From: Akkermansia muciniphila
Lineage (GTDB): Bacteria; Verrucomicrobiota; Verrucomicrobiia; Verrucomicrobiales; Akkermansiaceae
Length of the DNA: 64,000 nucleotides
Assembly (NCBI GenBank): GCA_947624785.1
Contig: CANQLV010000012.1
Location: 992-64,991 of the forward strand
Direction: 5' to 3'
The notes beneath the pieces are model-generated. The model worked only from the letters and a program-made list of their open reading frames with translations, ran no database searches and was not told where the DNA came from. Made by a program: the position numbers and the translations under genes. This document shows positions 30,589-40,119 of this stretch, in pieces; within the stretch, counting starts at the first letter, position 1, and the number at the start of each line of letters is the position of its first letter.

Positions 30589-31812
30589 TCAGTGGACTTG
30601 TAAATCCGTGGCCTGTTCTTCCGTGAGTTCCACGCAGCGCCAGGGAAGGCCGCGCTTGTTGAGTTCGTCCATGAAGGGGTCCGGATTGTTCTGCTCCATG
30701 TTGAAGACGCCAGCGCCGGACCATTTGCCCGTAAGGATCATTTCCGCGCCGATCATGGCCGGAACCCCCGTGGTGTAGGAGATGGCCTGGGAGCCTACTT
30801 CTTCAAAGCATTTTTCATGGTCGCAGATGTTGTAGATGTACACGGCCTTGAATTTGCCGTCCTTGACGCCGGTGATGACGTTGCCGATGCAGGTTTTCCC
30901 CTTGGTCGTCTTGCCGAGGTCCCCGGGGTCCGGTAGCACGGCTTTCAGGAATTGCAGCGGAATGATTTCCACGCCGTTGTACGTGACCGGGTCAATACGG
31001 GTCATGCCCACGTTCTGCAGCACTTCCAGGTGCTTGAGGTAGTTCGGGGAGAAGGACATCCAGAATTGGGCCCGGCGGATGGTGGGGATGTGCTTGACCA
31101 GGCTTTCCATTTCTTCATGGTACATGCGGTAGATTTCATAGGTGCCCACTTCCTGCGGGCAGGTGAAGCTCTGGTGCGTGCTCATGGGAGCGGTTTCCCG
31201 GAAAGCTCCGTCTTCCCAGTGGCGGCAGGGGGCCGTCACTTCCCGGATGTTGATTTCCGGGTTGAAGTTGGTGGCGAAGGCCTTGCCATGATTTCCGCCG
31301 TTGACGTCAATGATGTCCAGCGTATGGATTTCATCAAAGTGGTGCTTGAGCGCCCATGCCGTGAAGACGTTGGTGACGCCGGGATCAAAGCCGGACCCCA
31401 GCAGGGCGAAGAGCCCGGCCTTGCGGAATTTGTCCTGATAGGCCCACTGCCAGGAGTATTCGAATTTGGCTACGTCCCTGGGTTCATAATTGGCCGTGTC
31501 CAGGTAGTTGATTCCTGTTTCCAGGCAGGCGTCCATCAGGTTTAAATCCTGGTAGGGAAGGGCCACGTTGATCAGCAGCTGCGGCTTGACTTCTCGGATG
31601 AGGGCCACGGTGGCGGGAACGTCGTCCGCATCCACGGCATGAGTGGTGATGCTGACGCCTGTTCTGGCGCGCACATCGTCCGCAATGGCGTCACATTTGC
31701 TTTTTGTGCGGGAGGCCAGATGAATGTTTTGAAAAATGTCCGGCAGCTGGGCGCATTTATTGGCTACTACATGTCCTACACCGCCTGCTCCAATGATTAA
31801 AACCGTGTTCAT
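30589..31812 (-). CDS. Saccharopine dehydrogenase family protein, probably carboxy(nor)spermidine dehydrogenase
   Basis: GAGGVG Rossmann motif, NVALPYQDL, YLDTANYE, GFDPGVT, FATNFNPEINIRE, HEEMESL, QAISYTTGVPA. Confidence 0.88.
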   Translation of the reverse strand: MNTVLIIGAGGVGHVVANKCAQLPDIFQNIHLASRTKSKCDAIADDVRARTGVSITTHAVDADDVPATVALIREVKPQLLINVALPYQDLNLMDACLETGINYLDTANYEPRDVAKFEYSWQWAYQDKFRKAGLFALLGSGFDPGVTNVFTAWALKHHFDEIHTLDIIDVNGGNHGKAFATNFNPEINIREVTAPCRHWEDGAFRETAPMSTHQSFTCPQEVGTYEIYRMYHEEMESLVKHIPTIRRAQFWMSFSPNYLKHLEVLQNVGMTRIDPVTYNGVEIIPLQFLKAVLPDPGDLGKTTKGKTCIGNVITGVKDGKFKAVYIYNICDHEKCFEEVGSQAISYTTGVPAMIGAEMILTGKWSGAGVFNMEQNNPDPFMDELNKRGLPWRCVELTEEQATDLQVH

Positions 31813-32022
31813 GATATGCCCAGTACATAAGTGAAAACAGGCTGAAACGCAACCTCTGAATTGGTGTAATAGTGTCACTTTCCCATGGCGGCACGCAGGG
31901 GCGTCTTCTCCGGAAGCCGCTTTCCGCTGTTGAAGGAAGGCCTTGTAACATTTGGTTTTTTTCAGGAATAGTTAAAGGGGGATTGACGGATTATGTCCAA
32001 GTATTCTATAGCAGTAATAGCT

Positions 32023-32988
32023 ATGATTAAACAAATTCTGCCAATAGTTGCCGTAGTCTGCGTCGCTCCCTGTTTTGCCGCGGAAGGATGGCTTACCGAT
32101 ATGGATGCCGCCAAAAAGGAGGCCGCCGGGCAAAAGAAGGATCTCATGATCGAGTTCACCGGTTCCGACTGGTGCCCGCCCTGCATGCAGCTCCGCGCCA
32201 ACGTGTTCAGCAAGCCGGATTTCCAGAAGGACGCCCAGAAGAATTTCGTGCTGGTGGAGCTGGATTATCCGCGCGGCAAGGAACAGTCCAAGGAGATGAA
32301 AGCCGCCAATGACAAATTGGCCCGGCAGTACGGCGTGCAGGCTTTTCCAACGATCGTGTTTGCGGACGCTTCCGGCAAGCCCTTCGGCGGATTTGTGGGC
32401 GGACGGCCCAGGGAAGAGGTGGTGAAGGCCATGCAGGAAGCCCTGAAGAACAAGGAAGCGCTGAAGGCCGCCAAGGCAAATGCAGCCAAGGCCACCACGG
32501 ATGAAGCGAAGGTCGCCGCCCTGATGGAAGTGCTCAGGCTGGCTCCGCAGAATTACGTGGACATTTTCTATGGCGACGTGAAGGCGGAAATCAAGAAGCT
32601 GGACAAGGATGACAAGTCCGGCCTGAAAGCCGCCGACGCCAAGGCTGACCAGCTCAAGAAGGAGAAAAAGGAGGTTCAGGACTATTTGGCCGGCAAGCTG
32701 ACGGACAAGATGCCGCCCGCGGAAGCCCTGAAGGTGGTGAAGGCCTATCCTGACCGTGACAAGCTTCTGCCGGAACCGCAGCAGGAGCTGCTGATGGTTG
32801 AATTTACCTCATATATGTACTCCACTGGTGACGTAGACGGCGCCCTGCCGATTTTGGACAAGGTGATGAAGCTGGCTCCCGGTACGGAAGCCAGCCAGCG
32901 GGCTTCTATCTTCAAGTCCGGCATTCTTGCCAATAAGGACAGGGTAAAGGCCCGGATTGAGGCTATGAGGAAGGAGCAGGGCAAATAA
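32023..32988 (+). CDS. Secreted thioredoxin-family protein with C-terminal helical domain (copy 1)
   Basis: Signal peptide, FTGSDWCPPC, LDYPR, YGVQAFPT. Confidence 0.9.
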   Translation: MIKQILPIVAVVCVAPCFAAEGWLTDMDAAKKEAAGQKKDLMIEFTGSDWCPPCMQLRANVFSKPDFQKDAQKNFVLVELDYPRGKEQSKEMKAANDKLARQYGVQAFPTIVFADASGKPFGGFVGGRPREEVVKAMQEALKNKEALKAAKANAAKATTDEAKVAALMEVLRLAPQNYVDIFYGDVKAEIKKLDKDDKSGLKAADAKADQLKKEKKEVQDYLAGKLTDKMPPAEALKVVKAYPDRDKLLPEPQQELLMVEFTSYMYSTGDVDGALPILDKVMKLAPGTEASQRASIFKSGILANKDRVKARIEAMRKEQGK

Positions 32989-33021
32989 TTAATTTCCTCT
33001 CCTTGAATATACGGAGACTCG

Positions 33022-33053
33022 CCCCGTAGCGGCCAGACTGTTGCGGGGTTTTT
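33022..33053 (+). terminator. Rho-independent terminator
   Basis: CCCCGTAGCGG-ccaga-CTGTTGCGGGG stem (with G:U pairs) followed by a T run, just after thioredoxin copy 1. Confidence 0.75.
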
Positions 33054-33420
33054 GTATGCTACTGCGCACGCCGCTTAATGATGAACGGAGGAAGATGAGG
33101 ATGGACGTGTAAGTTTTTTGTTTGTTTTCACATGCCGTGTCAGACGGGAATGCCTTTTAATGCATTCTTTCAGGATATAGGGAGAAGTGCTGCGGGAGAA
33201 GACTGCCTTTTTTGAAAATGGAAGGAGTCCTGAAATCGGAGATACCGGGAGGGTTGCGTACGCTGTTCCGAAAAGGGGGGCAGGGAATGGTGTTTGGAAG
33301 TTGTACGTAGTCCGTCTGTCATTTTCTCCGGAGAGGGGGCGCCATTTTGGAAATTTTCTAAAAATGATTGAACGGGAGATTGACGCCGGCTGTCGGACTA
33401 TTCAATATAGAATCGTAGAT

Positions 33421-34386
33421 ATGATTAGACAAATTCTGCCAATAGTTGTTGCCGCCTGCGTCGCTCCCTGTTTTGCCGCGGAAGGCTGGCTTACCGATAT
33501 GGATGCCGCCAAAAAGGAGGCCGCCGAACAGAAGAAGGACCTCATGATCGAGTTCACCGGTTCCGACTGGTGCCCGCCCTGCATGCAGCTCCGCGCCAAT
33601 GTGTTCAGCAAGCCGGATTTCCAGAAGGATGCCCAGAAGAATTTCGTGCTGGTGGAGCTGGATTATCCGCGCGGCAAGGAACAGTCCAAGGAGATGAAAG
33701 CCGCCAATGACAAGCTTGCCCGGCAGTATGGCGTGCAGGGGTTCCCGACGATCGTGTTTGCGGACGCTTCCGGCAAGCCCTTCGGCGGATTTGTGGGAGG
33801 CCGTTCCAAGGATGACGTGATGAAGGCCATGCAGGAAGCCCTGAAGAACAAGGAAGCGCTGAAGGCCGCCGAGGCAAATGCAGCCAAGGCCACCACGGAT
33901 GAAGCGAAGGTCGCCGCCCTGATGGAAGTGCTCAAACTGGCTCCGCAGGAGTATGTGGACAATTTTTACGGCGACGTGAAGGCGGAAATCAAGAAGCTGG
34001 ACAAGGATGACAAGTCCGGCCTGAAAGCTGCCGACGCCAAGGCTGACCAGCTCAAGAAGGAACAGAAGGACGTGCAGGACTATCTGGCCGGCAAGCTGAC
34101 GGACAAGACGACGCCCGCGGAAGCCCTCCAGGTCGTCAAAGGCTATCCTGACCGTGACAAGCTTCTTCCGGAAACCCAGCAGGATTTGTTGATGATGGAA
34201 TTCGGGACTTACCTGAATTCCACCGGTGACGTGGACGGCGCGGTGCTGATTCTGGACAAGGTGGCCGAATTGATGCCGGGTACGGAAGCCGGACAGCGGG
34301 CTCCCCGCATCAAGGCCGGCATTCTTGCCAACAAGGATCAGATCAAGGCTCAGATTGAAGCAGCCAAGAAGGCCCAGAGCAAATAA
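33421..34386 (+). CDS. Secreted thioredoxin-family protein (copy 2, tandem paralog)
   Basis: MIRQILPIVVAA signal peptide, FTGSDWCPPC, YGVQGFPT; near-identical to copy 1 over the 5' half. Confidence 0.9.
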   Translation: MIRQILPIVVAACVAPCFAAEGWLTDMDAAKKEAAEQKKDLMIEFTGSDWCPPCMQLRANVFSKPDFQKDAQKNFVLVELDYPRGKEQSKEMKAANDKLARQYGVQGFPTIVFADASGKPFGGFVGGRSKDDVMKAMQEALKNKEALKAAEANAAKATTDEAKVAALMEVLKLAPQEYVDNFYGDVKAEIKKLDKDDKSGLKAADAKADQLKKEQKDVQDYLAGKLTDKTTPAEALQVVKGYPDRDKLLPETQQDLLMMEFGTYLNSTGDVDGAVLILDKVAELMPGTEAGQRAPRIKAGILANKDQIKAQIEAAKKAQSK

Positions 34387-34427
34387 GTAAAGGCTCCCTT
34401 TCCTTTATCCCCTGATTTGGAAAAACG

Positions 34428-34462
34428 ACCCCGCAGCGGTTTCATGCCGTTGCGGGGTTTTT
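34428..34462 (+). terminator. Rho-independent terminator
   Basis: ACCCCGCAGCGG-tttcatg-CCGTTGCGGGGT followed by a T run; the stem is homologous to the terminator after copy 1. Confidence 0.8.
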
Positions 34463-34668
34463 CATTTTCTCGCCGTGAGCCGTTTGCTCAAGGGGATTCC
34501 ATGGGGAAAATGGCCGTCAGTTCCCGCCGGGCGTGGCTCCTTGAAGGCGCCTGTTTTTTCTTTTATACGCGGCGGGGAAGGAGCAGGGCTGAGCGCCGCT
34601 CTCGCCGCCAAGCCCGGTTTCGGAAGAGAAGGGAATTCCGGGAGGCGGACGTGCCTGTCTTACGGCAT

Positions 34669-34701
34669 AAAAAAACGGCCCCGGCATGATGCCGGGGCCG
34701 G
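34669..34701 (-). terminator. Rho-independent terminator downstream of the fucosidase gene
   Basis: Perfect inverted repeat CGGCCCCGGCAT-G-ATGCCGGGGCCG with A7 on the plus strand (T7 on the minus strand). Confidence 0.85.
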
Positions 34702-34739
34702 TGGGCTGCATGCTCTCTCTCTCCGTAGGAGAAAGGGGG

Positions 34740-36875
34740 TTATTGAAGTTTGATGACGGTGTCCAGTTTATCCCAGGTGAGGCCCGGAGGGAGCGTGATT
34801 TTGTATTGGGCGCCTTCCTTTTCAAGCTTGGCGGCTTTTCCGTTTCCACTGCCGTTCACGATGACGGTCGCTTTTGTGAATTTCTCGCCGATGTCCTTGA
34901 TGAAGAGAGGTTCGGAGCCTTTCATCTCTTTTCCTTGTTGAGCAATCAGCGGGCTGACGTGCAGGTAAACGGTTTTTTTGCCGCTGCGGTTCGTCTTGTA
35001 GCAGCTGCCGCCCCAGGGCTGGTCCTTGTAGGGACCCCCGCGGGTGTTGTAAATGGCTTCCCGGTAGGGGGCGATCCACTTGCCCATGGCCAGGAAGGTT
35101 TCCGCCTGTTTCGGGTCAAAGGTGCCCAGCGGCGTGGGTCCGATGTTATAAAGCAGGTTGCCGTCCTTGACCGTGTTATTGATCAGGAATTTGATGGAGG
35201 TTTCCACGGGCTTGGCCTTTGCCTTGGAGGTGTAGGACCAGTTGCCCGTCCAGCGGGTGCCGGGGATGTCCGCCACGGTCATGCAGCTTTCCCAGGGCGT
35301 TTTATCGTTGAACGGCCCCAGCTTGCATTCCGGAGTCAAAAAATCCCCTTTCAGGTCGTCGGGCAGCGGACCTTTGTTGCCTCCGCGGGTGCCGTTCATG
35401 CGGTTGTTGACCAGAATGTCCGGCTGGTACTGCTTGATGCGGCGCATCATGGTACGGGGATCCCACTGGTTGAGGGAGCTGTTGCCCAGGCTGTCGAACC
35501 ACAGCACGTCCACCTGGCCGTAGCGGGTGAGCAGTTCACTGATCTGGCCGAAGTAGTATTCCAGGTAGCGGTAGTGCTGGTCGGTCAGGTAGTAGGGATT
35601 GTACCAGTCCCGCCCGGAGTAGTAGAAGCCCAGCCTGAGCCCTGCCGCATGGACCGCCGCCGCGAATTGCCCCACGATATCCTTGCCGTAGGGGGTATTG
35701 GCGATGGTGAAGGTGTCGTAGTCGGAGGGGAAGTTGGAGAAGCTGTCGTGGTGCTTGGTGGTCAGCACGGCATATTTCATGCCGCTTTTTTTGGCGACGG
35801 ACATCCACTTCCGGGGATCGTATTGTTTGGGATTGAAGCGGCGGTGGGCGGAGTCATATTCAAAATCCATGATGTTTTTATGGCCGCTTGCGCTGTCCTT
35901 GGGGCGCGCCGCATTGCGTTCCCAGCTGATTTCCCGTTCCAACAGGGAAGAGGGGTTCCAGTGGACAAAGAGGCCGAATTTGGCGTCCCGGAACCATTTT
36001 AACTGTTCGTCACTGGCCTTGAAGTCAAAGAGCCTGTTGACGGCTTCATTGATCAGGTCGCGGTCCGCAACCGGGGAAAAGACGTTTTTTTCAGGGGAAA
36101 GAACCACCAGGCCTTCCGCCATGGGCTGCATGCGGAAGTTCGGGAGGGGAGCCTTTTCCTTGTCTCCCAGCCAGAGGTTGAGTTTCAGCGCCCTGGCCAC
36201 GTTCCCTATTTCGTAGGCCTTCTGGCCTCCCGCTTCCTCCATGATTTCGTCCGGCAGCTCCTTCTTGAAAACGGCCTGGACAAAGGGATGGTTCACATAA
36301 ATTTTCCCGTTCTCCCGGAAGGGCCTGACGTCTTCCGGCAGGGCTATCCGCTGGTTCCCGGCCATCGCGTAGGGAGCGCCGTGGAGTTTATCCGTGTCCA
36401 CGGTGAAATAAACGGCGTCCTTGAGCTTTTCAGACAGCTCCTTCTGGAGTGTGTCAACGTTTTCCTGATAGCTTTTGCCGGGGTCAAAACGGTTGTTGAT
36501 GCTTTCCGCCTGCTTTTCCGTAATGACCGGGCCTATCCACGGGCTGGCAATCGCATCTTTCGTGCCGTGCCCCACGATGATCCGGAAATATTTTCCGGCG
36601 TCCTTGTCCGTCAGGGTGTAGGATTCCGCATCCTTGCCCTGCTGCACCAGCACGGGCTTTCCGGTCCGGGAATCCGCTTTTTCCCATTGGATGACAGGGT
36701 TGGCGGGTTCGTCCTCAGGAGTGCTGTAGCGGCTTTCCAGCGTGGTTCCGACCACTTCCTCCCCGTTAATGTAGGCTCTGAGCCACGGAGCTACGGGCTC
36801 TCCCCAGGCCGGAGTGAGGAGCATTCCCCCAAATGCGGTCAGAAGACAGAAGGCATGGTTTTTGAGTTTAAACAT
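34740..36875 (-). CDS. Alpha-L-fucosidase, glycoside hydrolase family 29, with N-terminal extra domains
   Basis: Signal peptide from MFKLKNHAF; WFRDAKFGLFVHW, AVLTTKHHDSF, GFYYS..DW, LWFD nucleophile region, VNNR, PWESCMT, GNLLYNIGP. Confidence 0.93.
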   Translation of the reverse strand: MFKLKNHAFCLLTAFGGMLLTPAWGEPVAPWLRAYINGEEVVGTTLESRYSTPEDEPANPVIQWEKADSRTGKPVLVQQGKDAESYTLTDKDAGKYFRIIVGHGTKDAIASPWIGPVITEKQAESINNRFDPGKSYQENVDTLQKELSEKLKDAVYFTVDTDKLHGAPYAMAGNQRIALPEDVRPFRENGKIYVNHPFVQAVFKKELPDEIMEEAGGQKAYEIGNVARALKLNLWLGDKEKAPLPNFRMQPMAEGLVVLSPEKNVFSPVADRDLINEAVNRLFDFKASDEQLKWFRDAKFGLFVHWNPSSLLEREISWERNAARPKDSASGHKNIMDFEYDSAHRRFNPKQYDPRKWMSVAKKSGMKYAVLTTKHHDSFSNFPSDYDTFTIANTPYGKDIVGQFAAAVHAAGLRLGFYYSGRDWYNPYYLTDQHYRYLEYYFGQISELLTRYGQVDVLWFDSLGNSSLNQWDPRTMMRRIKQYQPDILVNNRMNGTRGGNKGPLPDDLKGDFLTPECKLGPFNDKTPWESCMTVADIPGTRWTGNWSYTSKAKAKPVETSIKFLINNTVKDGNLLYNIGPTPLGTFDPKQAETFLAMGKWIAPYREAIYNTRGGPYKDQPWGGSCYKTNRSGKKTVYLHVSPLIAQQGKEMKGSEPLFIKDIGEKFTKATVIVNGSGNGKAAKLEKEGAQYKITLPPGLTWDKLDTVIKLQ

Positions 36876-37339
36876 GGGGGAAAAATTAAGGGAGGAACAG
36901 TTGGGAGAACAGGATAAAAGAGACTGTTTCAGAAAAGACCAGTGGAGGCGGTTTCCGGGATTTACTTCCGGTAGAATCCTGTGGGGGATGGGAAGGCGGC
37001 CCGTCATGCATCTGAGGCGGGGGAGGACAGGCGGCGTGTTTGCCCAGGCTTCCCGGCGCGCAAGCGCCTCTTTTGGACGGTTTTTGTGAAGATATCCTGC
37101 GGCGGGCGGTTTTTCCCGCGGGAAGTGTTTCGTGCCCGTTGTTGGTTTGGTTCAGGACAGGAACCGCCCCCCTGCCGGGGAAGGAATGTCCACAGTACGG
37201 GCCGGCCGTGAACGGAGCGGCATGACCGGCAATGGCGGAGGGAGGGATTTCCGGGAAGATTCCATGGGCCGCGGCGCGGCGGTTGTATTTCTTGAGGTGA
37301 AGCCTTGCGCGGGGGAAGGAAACCTGACAGAATCCCGCC

Positions 37340-39199
37340 ATGCGCCTGTTCATGATGTTCTGTGTGATGCTTCTGCTCGCCGGATGCGATACGCGTACCA
37401 GCGTGGAACGGGCCCAGGAGGAAGGAGTGCTGATTGTAGGCAATAACTCGGAACCGCAGAGTTTTGATCCGCATATTGCCACGTCCGTTTCCGATTTCAA
37501 GATTATCAATGCCGTGATGGAAGGGCTGCTGCGCGGGGATTCCCGGGATGACGCCGTGTTTCATCCCGCCGTGGCGGAGTCCTGGACGCACAATCCGGAG
37601 GCGGACAAGTGGCGTTTTTCCCTGCGGAAGGACGCCGTGTGGAGCGACGGCGTTCCGGTGACGGCCCATGATTTCGTTTATGCCTACCACCGCCTGCTTC
37701 ATCCGGAGTTTGGCGGGAGGTACGCGGACATGCTTTATCCGCTGAAGAATGCGGAGGCTTACAACCGGAACAGGCGCAGCCTGCTGTTGTGCGGCCCCGG
37801 TTCCCGGCTGGCTGGGGAAGCGGGTCTGGATGGAGAGGCTCTGGCACGGGTGGATTGGGAGAGGCTGGACGGCATGGGCGCCCGAGAGCTGGAGGCGCTG
37901 CGGAAGGATATTTCCCGGATGGAGTGGCCGGACGGAATGCCGGAGGAAGGCGCGCGGAGAATCGCGGCCCGGATGCTGGAGGATGTCCGGGCCGGAAGGC
38001 CGGATTTGTGGGAAGAGGCCCGTGTGGGCGTGCGCGCCGCGGACGATCATACCCTGGAGCTGGAAATGCGTTCTCCGATGCCCCAGCTTCCCCTGCTGCT
38101 GCTTCATTGCACCTGGTTTCCAGTTCCCCGCCATGCGGTGGAAGCCCACGGCGGCATGCTGGACAGGACGGGGGGCTGGACGCGGCCCGGCGTGGCCGTG
38201 GGGAATGGCCCTTTTCTGATGGCGGAGCACCGTTTCAATGATTATGTGGAGGTGCGGCGCAATCCCAGGTACCGGAACGCCTCCTCCGTCCGGCTGAACG
38301 GGGTCCGTTTTCTCCCCACCGTGAACGGCTTTACGGAAACCCGCATGTTTTTCAACGGCAAGCTTCATGTCACCAATAACGTGCCCCCGGAGATGACGGC
38401 CTACGCTCGGAAGCGCGGCGGCGGTGATTTCTGCCAGGATGATTATTATGTAACTATTTTTTACCGGCTGAATACGTCGCGCGCGCCGCTGGATGACGCC
38501 CGCGTGCGGCGCGCCCTTTCCCTGGCCGTGGACCGGGAGGCCCTGGTGAGGGACGTGGTGTGCGGGGGCGGCCAGTCCTGCTTCGGCTTTACGCCGGACG
38601 GCGCCGGATACAGGACGCCGCATGGGGTGGAGTTCAATCCGGAGAAGGCGCGCGCGTTGCTGGCGCAGGCGGGGTTCCCCGGCGGAAAGGGCTTTCCCCG
38701 GCTGGAGCTGATGACTACGTCGCGCGAGGTGCAGAAGATTATGGCGGAGGCCATCCAGGGCATGTGGAGGAAGCACTTGGGCATTCACGTGGATATCCGT
38801 TCCTGTGAATGGACGGCGTACAAGTTCGCGCAGAATTCCATGCAGTATGATTTCAGTTCCTCCTCCTGGTCCGGGGATTATCTGGACCCGTCCACTTTTC
38901 TGGATTTGTGGAGCTCCGCTTCCGGGAACAACAACACGGGCTGGTCCCGCCCGGAGTATGAACGCCTGCTGGCGGAGAGCCGCGCCACGGGTGACCAGGA
39001 GAAGCGCATGGCCCTGCTGGCCCGTGCGGAAGCGCTGATGCTTTCCGAGTCCCCGGTGATTCCCCTGTACTGGGCCAGGCGGTCCTACTTGAAGAGGCCG
39101 GAGGTGCGGGGATGGCACCCCCTGCTGCTGGACAACCATTTGTTTGAAGATATCAGCCTGGGCGCGCCCAGGGAACCGGGGAAGGAGGCCGCGCCTTGA
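37340..39199 (+). CDS. oppA: Oligopeptide ABC transporter substrate-binding lipoprotein (SBP family 5)
   Basis: Lipobox LLAGC, EPQSFDPH, VAESW, WSDGVPVTAHDFVY, GNGPF, VRRALSLAVDR, W.GDY.DP.TFL. Confidence 0.92.
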   Translation: MRLFMMFCVMLLLAGCDTRTSVERAQEEGVLIVGNNSEPQSFDPHIATSVSDFKIINAVMEGLLRGDSRDDAVFHPAVAESWTHNPEADKWRFSLRKDAVWSDGVPVTAHDFVYAYHRLLHPEFGGRYADMLYPLKNAEAYNRNRRSLLLCGPGSRLAGEAGLDGEALARVDWERLDGMGARELEALRKDISRMEWPDGMPEEGARRIAARMLEDVRAGRPDLWEEARVGVRAADDHTLELEMRSPMPQLPLLLLHCTWFPVPRHAVEAHGGMLDRTGGWTRPGVAVGNGPFLMAEHRFNDYVEVRRNPRYRNASSVRLNGVRFLPTVNGFTETRMFFNGKLHVTNNVPPEMTAYARKRGGGDFCQDDYYVTIFYRLNTSRAPLDDARVRRALSLAVDREALVRDVVCGGGQSCFGFTPDGAGYRTPHGVEFNPEKARALLAQAGFPGGKGFPRLELMTTSREVQKIMAEAIQGMWRKHLGIHVDIRSCEWTAYKFAQNSMQYDFSSSSWSGDYLDPSTFLDLWSSASGNNNTGWSRPEYERLLAESRATGDQEKRMALLARAEALMLSESPVIPLYWARRSYLKRPEVRGWHPLLLDNHLFEDISLGAPREPGKEAAP

Positions 39200-40119
39200 C
39201 CAGGATGATTTTAAAACGCCTGGGGCAGGGGCTTCTGGTGCTGCTGGTGCTGGAGACCGTGACGTTTTTCCTGATACGCCTGCTGCCGGGCCACCCCTTC
39301 ATGGGGGAGAAGAAGCTGCCGGAGCACGTCCTCCGGCAGCTCCAGGCCAGCTACGGGCTGGACCAGAGTTCCCTGGTCCAGTACGGGCGCTACTGGTGGA
39401 ATATGCTGGTGCATGGAGATCTGGGGCCGTCTTTGGTGAAGGAGGGCATTAGCGTGGCGGACATGATCGGCCAGTCGTTCCCGGTTTCCCTCCAGCTTGG
39501 CGTCATAGGCATGGTGATTTCCATTCTGGTGGGCATTCCCGCCGGAATCGTGGCCGCCCTGTACAAGAACCGGTGGATGGACTGGTGGGTGATGCTGGTT
39601 TCCATGGCCGGCATCTGCATTCCCGCCTTCGTGGTGGCTCCGCTGCTGGGCGTGGCGCTGGGCATGCATGTGCCCGGACTGAGCGTGGCCGGATGGGATT
39701 CCCCCGGCTGCGTGGTCCTGCCCGCGCTGACGCTGGGGCTGGTGAATGCCGCGTACCTGGCGCGCCTGACGCGCGGCGGCATGCTTGAGGTGCTGGGGCA
39801 GGATTTCATCAGGACGGCCCGGGCCAAGGGGGCGGGACCCTTCCGCACGGTTTGGAAGCACGCGCTGCGCGGCGGCCTGATCCCGGCGCTTTCCTACCTG
39901 GGGCCGGCCTTTGCTGCCATGATTACCGGCTCCTTTGTCGTGGAGACCTGCTTCCAGGTTCCCGGCATGGGCCAGCATTTCGTGAACGCCACCACGGACC
40001 GGGATTATTTCCTGATCCAGGGGCTCGTCCTGTTTTACGGCATCCTGATCGTCGCGGCCAACCTGGCCGTGGACCTGGTGCAGATGGCCGTCAACCCCAG
40101 ATTGAGAGCGGAGTCATGA
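39196..40119 (+). CDS. oppB: Oligopeptide ABC transporter permease
   Basis: TTG start overlapping the oppA stop; PGHPF, GDLGPS, EAA loop DFIRTARAKG, GSFVVETCFQVPGMG. Confidence 0.92.
   Translation: MTRMILKRLGQGLLVLLVLETVTFFLIRLLPGHPFMGEKKLPEHVLRQLQASYGLDQSSLVQYGRYWWNMLVHGDLGPSLVKEGISVADMIGQSFPVSLQLGVIGMVISILVGIPAGIVAALYKNRWMDWWVMLVSMAGICIPAFVVAPLLGVALGMHVPGLSVAGWDSPGCVVLPALTLGLVNAAYLARLTRGGMLEVLGQDFIRTARAKGAGPFRTVWKHALRGGLIPALSYLGPAFAAMITGSFVVETCFQVPGMGQHFVNATTDRDYFLIQGLVLFYGILIVAANLAVDLVQMAVNPRLRAES

Noticed and set aside
33187-33420. N-terminal extensions given by the ORF track (also kdsB to 3731, ABC from 15954, oppC from 39852, tyrS from 41828, GH29 to 37007)
   Set aside because: Homology, signal peptides or overlap with neighbouring genes indicate the downstream starts used above.
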